NCBI RefSeq assembly: GCF_006345805.1
Contig: NW_021836076.1
Coordinates: 1-25,458, forward strand
Length of the DNA: 25,458 bases
Direction: 5' to 3'
Origin: Octopus sinensis
Taxonomy: Eukaryota
This document shows, one piece after another, positions 8,968 through 19,662 of this stretch. Under the pieces are notes generated by a model. It had not been told where the DNA came from, did not search any database, and worked only from the letters and a program-made list of their open reading frames with translations. The stretch's first letter is position 1, and every line of letters starts with the position of its first letter. The position numbers and the translations under genes are program-made.

Positions 8968-9662
8968 CACTTTACCATTAAAAAAAAGGCACCAAGTATT
9001 TGCATATATCGAAAAAGGTCTTTCTATGTTCGTGAATTTGGATCCAAATGCTCCACGTCTTTCCAAGATTATGGGGGCTTGTCACGAAGCTTTTGCTCCT
9101 TATAATGTAATCCTTGAGGAAAGAAGACAATTCAAGGAACTCTCAACCAGTTTTTTAAGCGCATCGAACAACAAGAACAACTAGAGTCAGCTGTTAATGT
9201 TGACGATCCACAGCCATGTATACCCCCCCCCCCCCCAATTGTATATACGTATTGTAAATCTAAAATAATTTAGTTTTTTTTTACTATAGCACAATAATGA
9301 TAATTACTGAATTTGTTTTTTTAATTTAGAAAGGCTTTCATTTTACTATGTCTTATTGCAAAGCACATTCATAAATAAAGTGATCGCAATGTACGGTAAA
9401 CACCGCCAAATCGTATTTCTAAATTTAGATTATTATTTTCTTTTTCTGTATTATATTAAAAAGTAAGAATCATTTGTTTGTAAGCTTAAAATAGGTTTTA
9501 TTAAACATGTAATATTGAAAATGCATTCATAAAGTACAGAACTGGGAATGATTATCGGTTTAGCTTAGAGACAAGTAAATTTGGCCTAGACTAGAGACAA
9601 GTTAATTCGACTTAAGCCATGTCTCCTGGAACCGATTAACGACGTAGGGTGAGGTATGCCTG
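8968..9662 (+). mobile_element. Tigger/pogo DNA transposon, right end with a transposase C-terminal remnant
   Basis: FAYIEKGLSMFVNLDPNAPRLSKIMGACHEAFAPYNVILEERR/QGTLNQFFKR resembles the Tigger C-terminus (F..DPN..R..K......Y..I..EKK..Q..L..FFK). It ends GAGGTATGCCTG|TA, i.e. a CAGGCATACCTC-type TIR with a TA target. Confidence 0.8.
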
Positions 9663-10113
9663 TATATTAATATAACAATTTTTTTTTTTTAAATAATAAA
9701 AACATACAATCAATGAAGAGACAGAAGAAACAGTAAGATTTATACATGTTGATTTTATTAGGTATTTCTTTTTTTATTTAGAAACCTACAATGAAATTAA
9801 GCATTTCTGTTTATTTAGAAACCTACAATGAACATGTCATTTCACAGACGCGTAACTATAAATTTCACAGAGTACCACCTTAAAGTTGACACCGTTCCGC
9901 TAAAACGCAGAAAATTTCTGTCTCGTTATTGGCTATAATACATTTTTTTTTTTTTTTTTTTTCGATTTTAAACCCCTGAAACTTTTTGCTGCAGTTTTAT
10001 TCTCTCACGACATCATACCTTCATAGCAGTTAACTGGAAAACTTTATTATTATAGCCGATTTTCAAATTTTTTGTGAATGAAAAAAAAACTATATCCTTG
10101 AAAACATTTGGAG

Positions 10114-10147
<34 letters not shown>

Positions 10148-10151
<4 letters not shown>

Positions 10152-10270
10152 GAAATTTGCAGAAAAACAAAATACAAAGACAGGTGTATACACAGCAAGC
10201 AGGTGTATTAGTTTGATTCGGGAATGTGAGAAAGTCTTTTACGTTTCGAGCCTATGCTCTTCAACAGAAA
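10148..10270 (-). mobile_element. Penelope-like element pLTR fragment with a hammerhead-like motif
   Basis: Minus strand CTGTTGA-A-GAGC-ATAG-GCTC-GAAA-CGTA (10267-10240); flanked by (TA)n and (GA)n. Confidence 0.55.
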
Positions 10271-10287
10271 TGAATGAGAGAAAATAA

Positions 10288-10322
<35 letters not shown>

Positions 10323-10494
10323 AAAAAAAGCTTGTGAACTTAGCGGTGAGGTGAGCCCTTAAATGCAAAACAAGGTGGAAAAAATAGTACTCGAATACCA
10401 ATACATCCAGTTTTTATCACAACAATCCGGCGAACCATAAAAGGCTGGGTTCAACAGAGGGTTGCCAATCTTATCCTTTATTTCTTTGCTTTAT

Positions 10495-10850
10495 GACGAT
10501 GCACTGGCAGAATCGTTAGCACACCGTCTGTAACTTTCTAGGTTCAAATTCCATCCAGATGGACTTTACCCTATCGTCCTTTGGAAGTCAATAAAATAAG
10601 CGCCTGCCCAGTTCGAAGGTCGGTGTTATTAACTTTCCCTTCCATTCAAAAATATTAAGTCTCTGCCAGAATTTGAAACCATGTATTTACTGACTCACAG
10701 CAAGCGGTCATTTGGCACAGGCGTTAGAGTATTCGATGAAAACTGTATTTATTCTTGCGCCGTATGACCTGAGATCAAATCCTGCCGTGGTCACCTTTGA
10801 ATTTTATTGTTTCGGATCAATAAAATATCACCGTGTTCACTTGGTGAGAC
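10495..10850 (+). mobile_element. Two old, degenerate family B SINEs (~10495-10610, ~10700-10850)
   Basis: ctggcagaatcgttagca...ggttcaaattcc...aataaaataag pattern. Confidence 0.55.
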
Positions 10851-11103
10851 CACGAAATCAAGGCAGATAAAATCCATTATTATTTAAATATTATGTAAAT
10901 TGGAAACACAGATTTACATATGTAATATATTCATAGTACTTAGTTCTATTGATAACTTACTTGTGCGTTAATAGTGTAATGTGTAGTTTTGTGTAGTAAT
11001 ACAGAATACATCTAATAGATATTAGCCAACACCTCTACAACTATCTTTGGATATATGAAGTACGCGCTCTAAACCAATACCAATTGTTTGCCAGTTCATA
11101 CAT

Positions 11104-11508
11104 ATAGGCGCATGCGTGGTTGTGTGGTAAGGAGCTTGCTTCCCGACCACATGTTTCGGACACAGTCCAACTGCGTGGCACCTTGAGTAAGTGTATTCTG
11201 CAATGGCCTTCGAGCTGACCAAAGCCTTGTGAGTGGATTTGGTGAACGGAAACTGAAAGCCCGCCGTGCGCGCGTGTGTGTTTGTATGTCTGTGTCTGTG
11301 TTTGTTCTCCATCACCGCTTGACAACTGGTGATGGTGTGTTTACGTCCCCGTAACTTAGCTCTTCGGCAAAAGAAACCGATAGAATAAGTACCAGGCTTG
11401 AAAAAAAATAATGAAAATATCTGCGGACTGAAAAAAAAAACAAAACAATTCTTCAAGGCGGTTCCCCAGCATGGCCGCAGTCTAATGACTGAAGCAAGTA
11501 AAAGATAA
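11104..11508 (+). mobile_element. SINE family A, full length
   Basis: tRNA-like head (gtggttgtgtggtaag...), internal (GT)-rich block, tail ccagcatggccgcagtc...gactgaagcaagtaaaaga. It explains ORF 11022-11567. Confidence 0.85.
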
Positions 11509-12602
11509 ATGATTAGAGGTACAAGTTCTATTTCGAATCTTACTCGTGTTGACTTTGTCTTTGACACACGGAAAGCTCATATAAAATGAACACCTGACGA
11601 CGACCCACAGTCCATATAATAGACTAAAACTTTTACAGATAATGCCTCAGCATGGCCACACTCCACTACCTGAAAGCAGTAAAAGAATAAAACGACCAAA
11701 TGATCTACATGATGGTAGTCCATTGTCATATCGGATGAGGTGGCCACCCAACACCAACCATACATCATTGTGTTGTTGGTTGATATCAAGTCAGTGGGCT
11801 ACAACTGTAAGTAGCGGCAATAAATCAGCTAAGATCGAGACGTCTGATTCAGTTTGTGACATAGACAAGTCGTAAATATACTATAAAAGAAAATATGACC
11901 TGCTCTGGTCTTAGAACAAAATTCTGTTGCCGATTCATAGTTAGGTATCATATGGCAAAGAAAAAAGTTTGTAGATACAGCGGGGAAAGAGAAGGATGCC
12001 TGAAGCCGTCAGGGTTTGTGTGTATGTGTGTTGTGTATTTAGGGTTTTGTAAATTTTTATTGTTTCCTAGTATAGATGTAGTGGCTCCGGGGGTTGGCCG
12101 ATGTCCTGATGTCCCCTCCCCCACCCCCAGCCTGACACCATCCAATTTGTTTATTGCAGCTTCAGTGTTATATAGTTTTATGGATTAGTTGGTGGAAGAG
12201 GCAGAAAGCATCCATGACCTTTTGTGGGAAAGAAAGAAAGGAGAACGATGTGGAAGGAGGGTGAGGAGGAGGAGGAAGAGGAAGACAGTGAAGGAGGATA
12301 CCTCAACAACTAGAACGATGTTGTAGGAAATGATGCATCAATAATATATTAGATTATATTTTACTCAGACCCGACATCGGGTCCGAAAACTTACTTCCTG
12401 AGGGCCGGCCGGGTGGATTTGTTAAAACAAGATTCAGACAAACCAAAATCCATAAGTATTGATCAGTCTAAACCAATCAATCGATTTACTTACTTCCACT
12501 TTCATTAGTTTATTCATAAACAGGGTAGAACACATTTTTATCCACACGCAACCGGGACAGGAAAAAATAACTGTTTTAACGCTCTCAAAACCATCTATCT
12601 AT

Positions 12603-12696
12603 CACACACACACGCACACACACACACACACACACACGCATGCACACACTCGCACACAAACACACACACACACACGCAAACGCACACACACACACA
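12603..12696. repeat. (CA)n compound microsatellite
   Basis: Direct reading. Confidence 0.95.
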
Positions 12697-12789
12697 AGTT
12701 GAAGACTGAAAGTTGGTGTATTATATTTCATTCTTAAGTTTGGAGCATTTCGGCATCAAGAATATAATATAATAATATAAATTTCTGTA

Positions 12790-13150
12790 TTGCTTTCAAA
12801 TTTTGGGACAAGGCTAGCAATTTTGAGGGAGTCAATTTCTTTGACCCCGTGTTCAACTGGGAATTGTTTTAATGACTCGAAGAGATGAAAGGCAAAGTTG
12901 ATTTTGGCGTAACTCAGAGCGTAGAGGCAAGCGAAATGCCGCTAAGCTTGTCGCCCGGCGTGCTGACTATTCTGCCACTTCGCCACCTTTTAATGAATTT
13001 CTTATACTCTTTTCTACTCTAGGCACAAGGCCTGAGATTTTGGGGGAGGGTCCAGTCCATTAGATCGACCCCAGTACGCAAATGGTGCTTAATTTATGGA
13101 CCCGAACGGATGAAAGGCAAAGGCACTGAGGTCGACCTCGAAGGATGAAA
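12790..13150 (-). mobile_element. Two adjacent old family B SINEs (~12790-12988, ~13005-13150)
   Basis: gcacaaggc...atcgacccc...gatgaaaggcaaag...tctgccacttcgccacc. Confidence 0.7.
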
Positions 13151-13605
13151 AGAAAAAAGGAGTGAGATCGATTGTTCGATTAAACCCTTTAAGACGATCT
13201 TCCAGCATGGCCGCAGTCCAATCAATCAGTGAAACAAGAGAAATCAAAAGAAGAATCGCAGCAACTGGAAATTATTTGCGAAAATTTGGTCTTAGATAAA
13301 AATAAAATTTAAAAAGATAAAACAGAACGAAACGACCATCCTAAGGCTTCGTTCCAAGATACCACGATTTCTGTTTATATTTGGGCTTTTCAACCAGGAT
13401 CCATAAGATCCATAAGATCCTGTTAAAAATTTACCTGCAATAAACTGGTAATAATACACAAATAATTTAACACACAAAATAATTTAACCTTTTTAAAATA
13501 CATTTCCTAATAACGAATTTAATTCTTAAAATATAATACAGTGGCTATGAAGGTCCACTCATACATACATACATATGTATATATATATGTATGTATATTG
13601 ATTGA

Positions 13606-13651
13606 TTCTAGTTTCAGCTCACGAGCTGTGGCCATGCTGGGGCACCGCCAT
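13606..13651 (-). mobile_element. Short SINE tail fragment (A-related)
   Basis: tctagtttcagctcacgagctgtggccatgctggggcaccgccat, nearly identical to 16900-16944. Confidence 0.7.
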
Positions 13652-13652
13652 A

Positions 13653-13683
<31 letters not shown>

Positions 13684-13782
13684 ACGGGAAGCTTTATGAA
13701 AATAAACAAAAGACGAAGCAGGTGGAATACAAACAAACAATTGTATTAGTATGGCGCTCAGGAATAGAAATATTATACATTC

Positions 13783-13830
<48 letters not shown>

Positions 13831-14290
13831 ATATGTATGTATGTATATATCTATAATATATATATATATATATAATATATATATTATATATATATATTAT
13901 ATATATATATTATATATGTGTAGTATGTATGTGTAATAACATACATATAATATAATATTAAAAACAAGTAGTCCTCGGATGGAATTTATAAACATTATAT
14001 ATATATATAATGTATGCATGTATGTACACACGCGCACACACTTTATACACACACAAGTATACATATACATATACATACATCACTGTTTCAAATATACATT
14101 GTGTATTTGCCATGTATGTTTAATGGTGTTTATGTTTATTGACATGTTTGTTTATACGCATCCGTTGTTACAAACTCGCTATTTTTTCCCTCTTCTCGTA
14201 GGATGTGTGTGTATCTATGTATGTGTATATGTTTGTGTGTGTGTGTGCGTGTGTGTGTGTGTGTGTGTGTGACTGCGCGCGCGCGTGCAC
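13652..14290. repeat. Microsatellite field: (TA)n, (TATG)n, (GT)n, (GC)n
   Basis: Direct reading; source of many YIYI/CVCV pseudo-ORFs. Confidence 0.85.
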
Positions 14291-14392
14291 GTCACGTTAA
14301 TAAATGTCTTGGGAAAGAACGAACCTTATACCGGGTTCGTTTGCGTATTTCCGAGTGCTTGAAGGAATACACAATCGTAAATAAGTTGGATG

Positions 14393-14424
14393 TGACCGCT
14401 GACCGCTGACCTGGGTATATAAAA
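14393..14424 (+). promoter_or_regulatory. Candidate triple nuclear-receptor half-site (DR1-spaced) next to a TATA-like box
   Basis: TGACCG-C-TGACCG-C-TGACCT-GGG-TATATAAAA. Motif match only. Confidence 0.2.
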
Positions 14425-14596
14425 CCACCACCACCACCACAACAACAACAACAACAAACACAATGATAACAACGGCAATGAAGATGGTGACTATTTGTTT
14501 GCTTAAGTGCCAATTCTCTATCACATCATATGACCCACCTCTTGTCTTTCCTTCGTTTCTCCTTCTTTTCTTTCCCCATCATCCTATTTTGTATGA

Positions 14597-14693
14597 ATGT
14601 GTATATATATATATGTGTGTGTATGTATCTATGTATGTATATATATATATATGCATATATAGATGTGTGTGTGTGTATATATATATATATATG

Positions 14694-14735
<42 letters not shown>

Positions 14736-14758
14736 GTGTATATATATCTCCACACACA

Positions 14759-14810
<52 letters not shown>

Positions 14811-14830
14811 CGCACACATGCGCACATATA
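14597..14830. repeat. Compound (TA)n/(GT)n/(CT)n microsatellite
   Basis: Direct reading. Confidence 0.95.
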
Positions 14831-15111
14831 TATTACAATCTTGGTGAATATCTTTCAAGATAATGTGGTTTTGTATCAAAATACTTAAAGCTTGTCTTCC
14901 GTTATCGGATTGAAAGATTTCTTAAAGCTATCAAGTAACAAACATGACAACGATGACTTGTAAATATGTCGTTAGAAATGGTTTTAAGGAATTACATTTT
15001 GTTTTATTATCCCAAGTAAGACTTGGTGCAACAGATCTATAATAATAATCCGGCCGTGACCATTTCTTTCATTATAAAAACAAGTGTTTCTATGGCTTTT
15101 TAAAAAATATT

Positions 15112-15533
15112 AAGGCGGTGAGCTGGCAGAATCGTTAGCACGCCGGCGAATTGCTTAGCGGTATTTCGTGTGCCGTTACGTTCTGAGTTCAAATTCCGCC
15201 GAGGTCGACTTTGCCTTTCATCCTTTCGGGGTCGATAAATTAAGTACCAGTTACGCACTGGGGTCGATGTAATCGAAGAAATCTGTTTGTCTGTCCTTGT
15301 TTGTCCCCTCTGTGTTTAGCCCCTTGTGGGTAGTAAAGAAATAGAAATAGGTATTTCGTCTGCCGTTACGTTCTGAGTTCAAATTCCGCCGAGGTCGATT
15401 TTGCCTTTCATCCTTTCGGGGTCGATAAATTAAGGACCAGTTACGCACTTGGGTCGATGTAATCGACTTAATCCGTTTGTCTGTCCTTGTTTGTCCCCTT
15501 TATGTTTGGCCCAATGGGGGCAATAAAGAAATT
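15112..15533 (+). mobile_element. SINE family B, one head plus two tandem bodies
   Basis: Body 15160-15349 is repeated at 15350-15533, joined at gaaata|ggtatttcg. Confidence 0.9.
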
Positions 15534-15624
15534 CTTTTTTAAATCATAAAAACAAGTGTTTCCATGGCTTCATTCTCTGTTTCCTTATATAGTATTGTTG
15601 TTGTTGTTTAGTTGGGCGATACAG

Positions 15625-15770
15625 ACATTCAGTTGTGACCATCCAGACTTTTTGAATATGGTGTTTATCAGACTATATTACCCAACGTATCCTTCTCCTT
15701 TAAGGCAGCAGAATGTGATTTGAGAGAGTTTTGGCTATTGCTTCCAGCAGATCGATTGACCGAATATAGA
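15625..15770 (+). mobile_element. Ancient repeat family D
   Basis: gtgaccatcc...actatattaccc...gatttgagagagttttggctattgcttccagcagatcga. Confidence 0.5.
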
Positions 15771-16125
15771 CCCATCATATCGAATCGTGCATCTACTAGT
15801 ATTTACTGTTATTGTTGTTTAACTCCAAGCAGCTCTGATCCAGTGGCTACACATCATCAACTCAATACACCCATGACCATCCCGCATTTTCTCGAGTTGG
15901 TGGTATTTCAATGGAACATTTATTTAGAGTGTGATTTGACTAGCAGACCCAGCGACTATTGAGAATAGTATTTCTCAAATTATGTACCCCACATCCCATT
16001 TCGATTTTCTAAGAAAACGTTCTCCCCATCCTAAACAGACAAAACACTCACCAAATACGCTCACTAAAATTTCTGTTAAAACAAGCATAAAACTAAGTGT
16101 TTCCTTCATATCATTCTCATAGTAA

Positions 16126-16175
16126 TGTGAGTGGATTTGGTAGACAGAAACTGAAAGAAGCCCGTCGTATGTATG

Positions 16176-16219
<44 letters not shown>

Positions 16220-16618
16220 TGTGTCTGTGTTTGTCCCCCCCCCAACATCGCTTGACAAACTTAACTTAGCGGTTCAGCAAAAGAGACCGATAGAATAAGT
16301 ACTGGGCTTACAAAGAATAAGTCCTGGAGTCGATGTGTTCGACTAGAGGCGGTGCTCCAGCATGGCCACAGTCAAATGACTGAAACAAGTAAAAGAGTAA
16401 AGAGGAATTATGTTTGTGTATCTGTGTTTGTCCCCCCACCATCGCTTGACGACCGATGCTGGTGTGTTTACGTCCCCGTAACTTAGCGGTTCGGCAGAAG
16501 AGACCGATAGAATAAGTATTAGGCTTACAAAGAATAAGTCCTGGGGGTCGATGATTTGCTCGACTAGAGGCGGTGCTCCAGCATGGCCACAGTCACATGA
16601 CTGAAACAAGTAAAAAGA
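16126..16618 (+). mobile_element. SINE family A, headless copy plus a second 3' half (16126-16404, 16411-16618)
   Basis: Direct similarity to 11104-11508. Confidence 0.85.
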
Positions 16619-16884
16619 AATCATGTGGAGTATCGGTATATTTCCAATAACGTCATTACAATATTTTCGATTTTCTAGTTTTCTCTGTTTATTGTTTCTT
16701 AAGTGTATATATGTTTAATTAAACTCAATGCTTATTAGTTTATTCTATAATTAAGTGTAATTTGAGTTGTTTCCAAGTAACGAGCTTGTTGGTCATTTAA
16801 TTACAATAGATTATTTAGCCTCTTTGTAGTTAGGACATGTTATTAATTATTTGCATTATTTATAGATGTATATTTCTGCGTATA

Positions 16885-16944
16885 TCTTATCTTATCTTAT
16901 CTAGTTTCAGCTCTCGAGCTGTGGCCATGCTGGGGCACCGCCAT
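16885..16944 (-). mobile_element. SINE tail fragment with a (TAAGA)n tail
   Basis: Matches 13606-13651. Confidence 0.7.
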
Positions 16945-17374
16945 ATACATTTTTATTTATAATTCTTTAATTTGGTTTCATTCTAATTCTCTATTTTATT
17001 GCCTAATTTTAACAAGCAATTTATTTGCTTGATATATATGTTTTATAGTATTGAATATATTTCATAGGTATTGATCTAAGATTGACCTTTTCCTTGTACA
17101 TTTTTCGAGGAAGTTGTTTATGAGATATATACTGATCCATTACTCTTTTCATTAGGCTTGGTTTTAGTTTCGTATCATGTTTGTGATGTGATGATGTTGA
17201 TTGAAAAACAAAGTATTTAGTAGTCCAATGTTCGTGCTATTCTCTGAAAGTCCGTTTTCGGATAGATGTTTTATTATAAGTACAATTTTGTAAATATAAC
17301 TTAATAGCATTTGTCTAATTTAGTGTTAGTTGTAGTAATAAGGTGATGGATTCCCAGACAACACCTTTCATTCC

Positions 17375-17625
17375 TTCTCTATCTCCCCTTCTCTCTCTCC
17401 CTCTCTCTCTCTCTCTATCTATCTATCGCTTTCTCCTTTCCTTTTTCTTTCTCTCTGTCTCTTTCACTCGCTTTCTCTCTCTCTCTCACACACACTTGTT
17501 ATTTATCTATCTATCTATCTTTCTCTTTCTTCCTCTCACTTTCTTTCTCTCACTTTCTCTCTCTCTCTCTCTCACACACACAACACACACACACACATAC
17601 GCCATTTACTTCTTTCTCTTGCTTT

Positions 17626-17675
<50 letters not shown>
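17375..17675. repeat. (CT)n-rich polypyrimidine tract with (CA)n
   Basis: Direct reading. Confidence 0.95.
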
Positions 17676-17680
<5 letters not shown>

Positions 17681-17760
17681 GAGATAACTCTGATTTTATT
17701 GAATATATCTCCCTCGACTATTATATACTCTCAACAGTGTTACCCATCCTATTACAAATA

Positions 17761-18610
17761 CGAGGTGAATTTCAGAAGTTTTTGACACTAATTTTATGAC
17801 TGACCTCGATTATTGTAATTTTAGTATATCGTTTCACTACATCAAATAAGCTGACCTGCCAACTTTTGTTATTCCAGCTTGAAGGGGACGATTGCAAAAA
17901 AAAAAACAATTCGAACACATAAACATTGCTTGTCACAGCGGACTTGTTTGCAGAAAGCAGTGGCGACGTTTGGAAGAGCTCTATGCAATGAAGTTTCGTG
18001 TTAAACTGAGCAAAGATTCCTCAGAAGCTTATGAAATGCTCCAGATTGCTTGTGCATTAACTTATATGAAACGAGCATGGGACCTTTTCGGTTTGAACGG
18101 CAGTTTTTAACATAATTTCTAGGTAACTAAAAAATGTTAAACTTCGTATACTGGTAGAATGTGTTTATAAAACATCTTTTTCTCTTGGCTTTATTGAGAA
18201 AGTTCTATAGTTTGTAAGATATTTGTTGTGTTTTTCTTCAATTTCTGCAATTTCAACCAATCAATGACGTCTTTTGAGGTAAAAAAAAACATTCTGTGCC
18301 GTATGAATATGTCCCTCGTTTAAGAAACAGATTGGGTTTATTTACATTTGTGAAGAAAATAAGATATCTTTCCCCCCACCCCTAACCCTAAAACAGATTG
18401 AAATGCAATAGATCGATACTTGGGTAATAATTATGGGTGACAATTTCATATGACACCGCTAGAAAATCTGCTGTTCAAACCGAGAAGATCCCGAGCATGT
18501 TTTTCACTGGCACAAGAAATTCAAGGACGGTAAAGGGGAGATGAAGAACGATGAGAGGTGTTAGCAGGTTGAGAAAATTTACAAGAAAATAAGCTTACAG
18601 TTCGGAAAGG
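17761..18610 (+). mobile_element. Mariner transposon left end with an N-terminal transposase fossil, interrupted by MITE copy 3
   Basis: TA|CGAGGTG terminus. With the MITE removed it reads EELYAMKFRVKLSKDSSEAYEMLQIA...MKRA/FHWHKKFKDGKGEMKNDER, matching the mariner HTH (IKFCVKLGKSATETYEML...VFEWHKRFKEG...DDER). Confidence 0.8.
18080..18491. mobile_element. Merlin-like MITE, copy 3 (412 bp)
   Basis: Same TIR with a few mismatches; perfect TSD CGAGCATG (18072-18079, 18492-18499). Confidence 0.93.
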
Positions 18611-19224
18611 CAATATGCCTAGAGTTTAGAGCTGGTGTGATGACTACATAGAATTACTCATGAAGGACGTAATTAAGTTGGACAAATTATTGCGAGGTGG
18701 AAAAAAGGAATGCGGAAGACATAGCAATGTAAACTTTGAATCGGAGAAATGAAAACAAAAGCAAATAAGTTTGGTTTAAATTTTCAACTTTTATTTCAGA
18801 TTTGAAGTTCTTATTAAAAATAGCAGAGGTGGACACCGTAGTTCTGGGTGGTGGGTATGTGAAGGTACGTTTGCAATGTATTATGTTGTAATTTGGAGTA
18901 TCTCTTGTATATAGCTGGTTATATAATTTAATCATTCAACAACATTACCATATTCAGTAAATTTAATAGTTCTTGTGACCCTAATATCTTACACTATAAA
19001 ATGGTGGCACTATTCATTGTTTCTATTGTCTTAATTAAATAATTGTAGCACACCATTAACATCAGAAGGCAAGTGGTCAATGTTAACTGGCTAGTTAAGT
19101 ACTGCCAAACGACACATGTCTCATATTGTAAGCACCACATCTCTGCAAAGATCGAGATTCCATTCACACAACTCTACTTTTGCTAAGGGGTTCTAATACC
19201 CGGAATTTTGAAACATTAGATTTT

Positions 19225-19412
19225 TGTGTGTGTGTGCGCGCGCGCCTGTGTTTGTTCCTTCACTATCACTTGACAACCGATGCTGGTGTTTTATGTCGCC
19301 GTAACTTAGACTCACAAAAAATAAGTTCTAGAGTCGATTTCTTCGACTAAAATCCTTAAAGGCGGTGCCCCAACATGGCTGCAGTTGTGTGACTGAAACA
19401 AGTAAAAGAAGA
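19225..19412 (+). mobile_element. SINE family A, 3' half
   Basis: cttgacaaccgatgctggtg...ggcggtgccccaacatggc...gactgaaacaagtaaaaga. Confidence 0.8.
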
Positions 19413-19430
19413 TACATATTTTATATATAT

Positions 19431-19662
19431 ATTTCTTTATTGCCCACAAGGGGCTAAACATAGAGGGGACAAACAAGGGCAGACAAAGGAATTAAGTCGA
19501 TTACATCGACTCTAGTGCGAAACTGGTTCTTTATTTATCGACCCCTAAAGGATGAAAGACAAAGTCGACCTCGGCGGAATTTGAACTCAGAACGTAACGG
19601 CAGACGAAATACGGCAACGCATTTCGCCCGGCGTGCTAACGTGTCTGCCAGCTCGCCGCCTT
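19431..19662 (-). mobile_element. SINE family B, full length
   Basis: Reverse complement of 7640-7874. Confidence 0.9.

Noticed and set aside
9761-9832. 37-bp-period duplication (tttatttagaaacctacaatgaa x2)
   Set aside because: An ordinary local slippage duplication with no further structure.
11022-11567. 181-aa ORF
   Set aside because: It is the antisense reading of a family A SINE.
13519-14879. Many ORFs rich in YI, CV, ER, SL or HT repeats (also 5832-6092, 12459-12737, 17343-17687, 25099-25386)
   Set aside because: They are translations of dinucleotide and tetranucleotide microsatellites.
18660-18725. Possible mariner C-terminal remnant (QIIARWKK)
   Set aside because: Too short and degenerate, and no right TIR was found.
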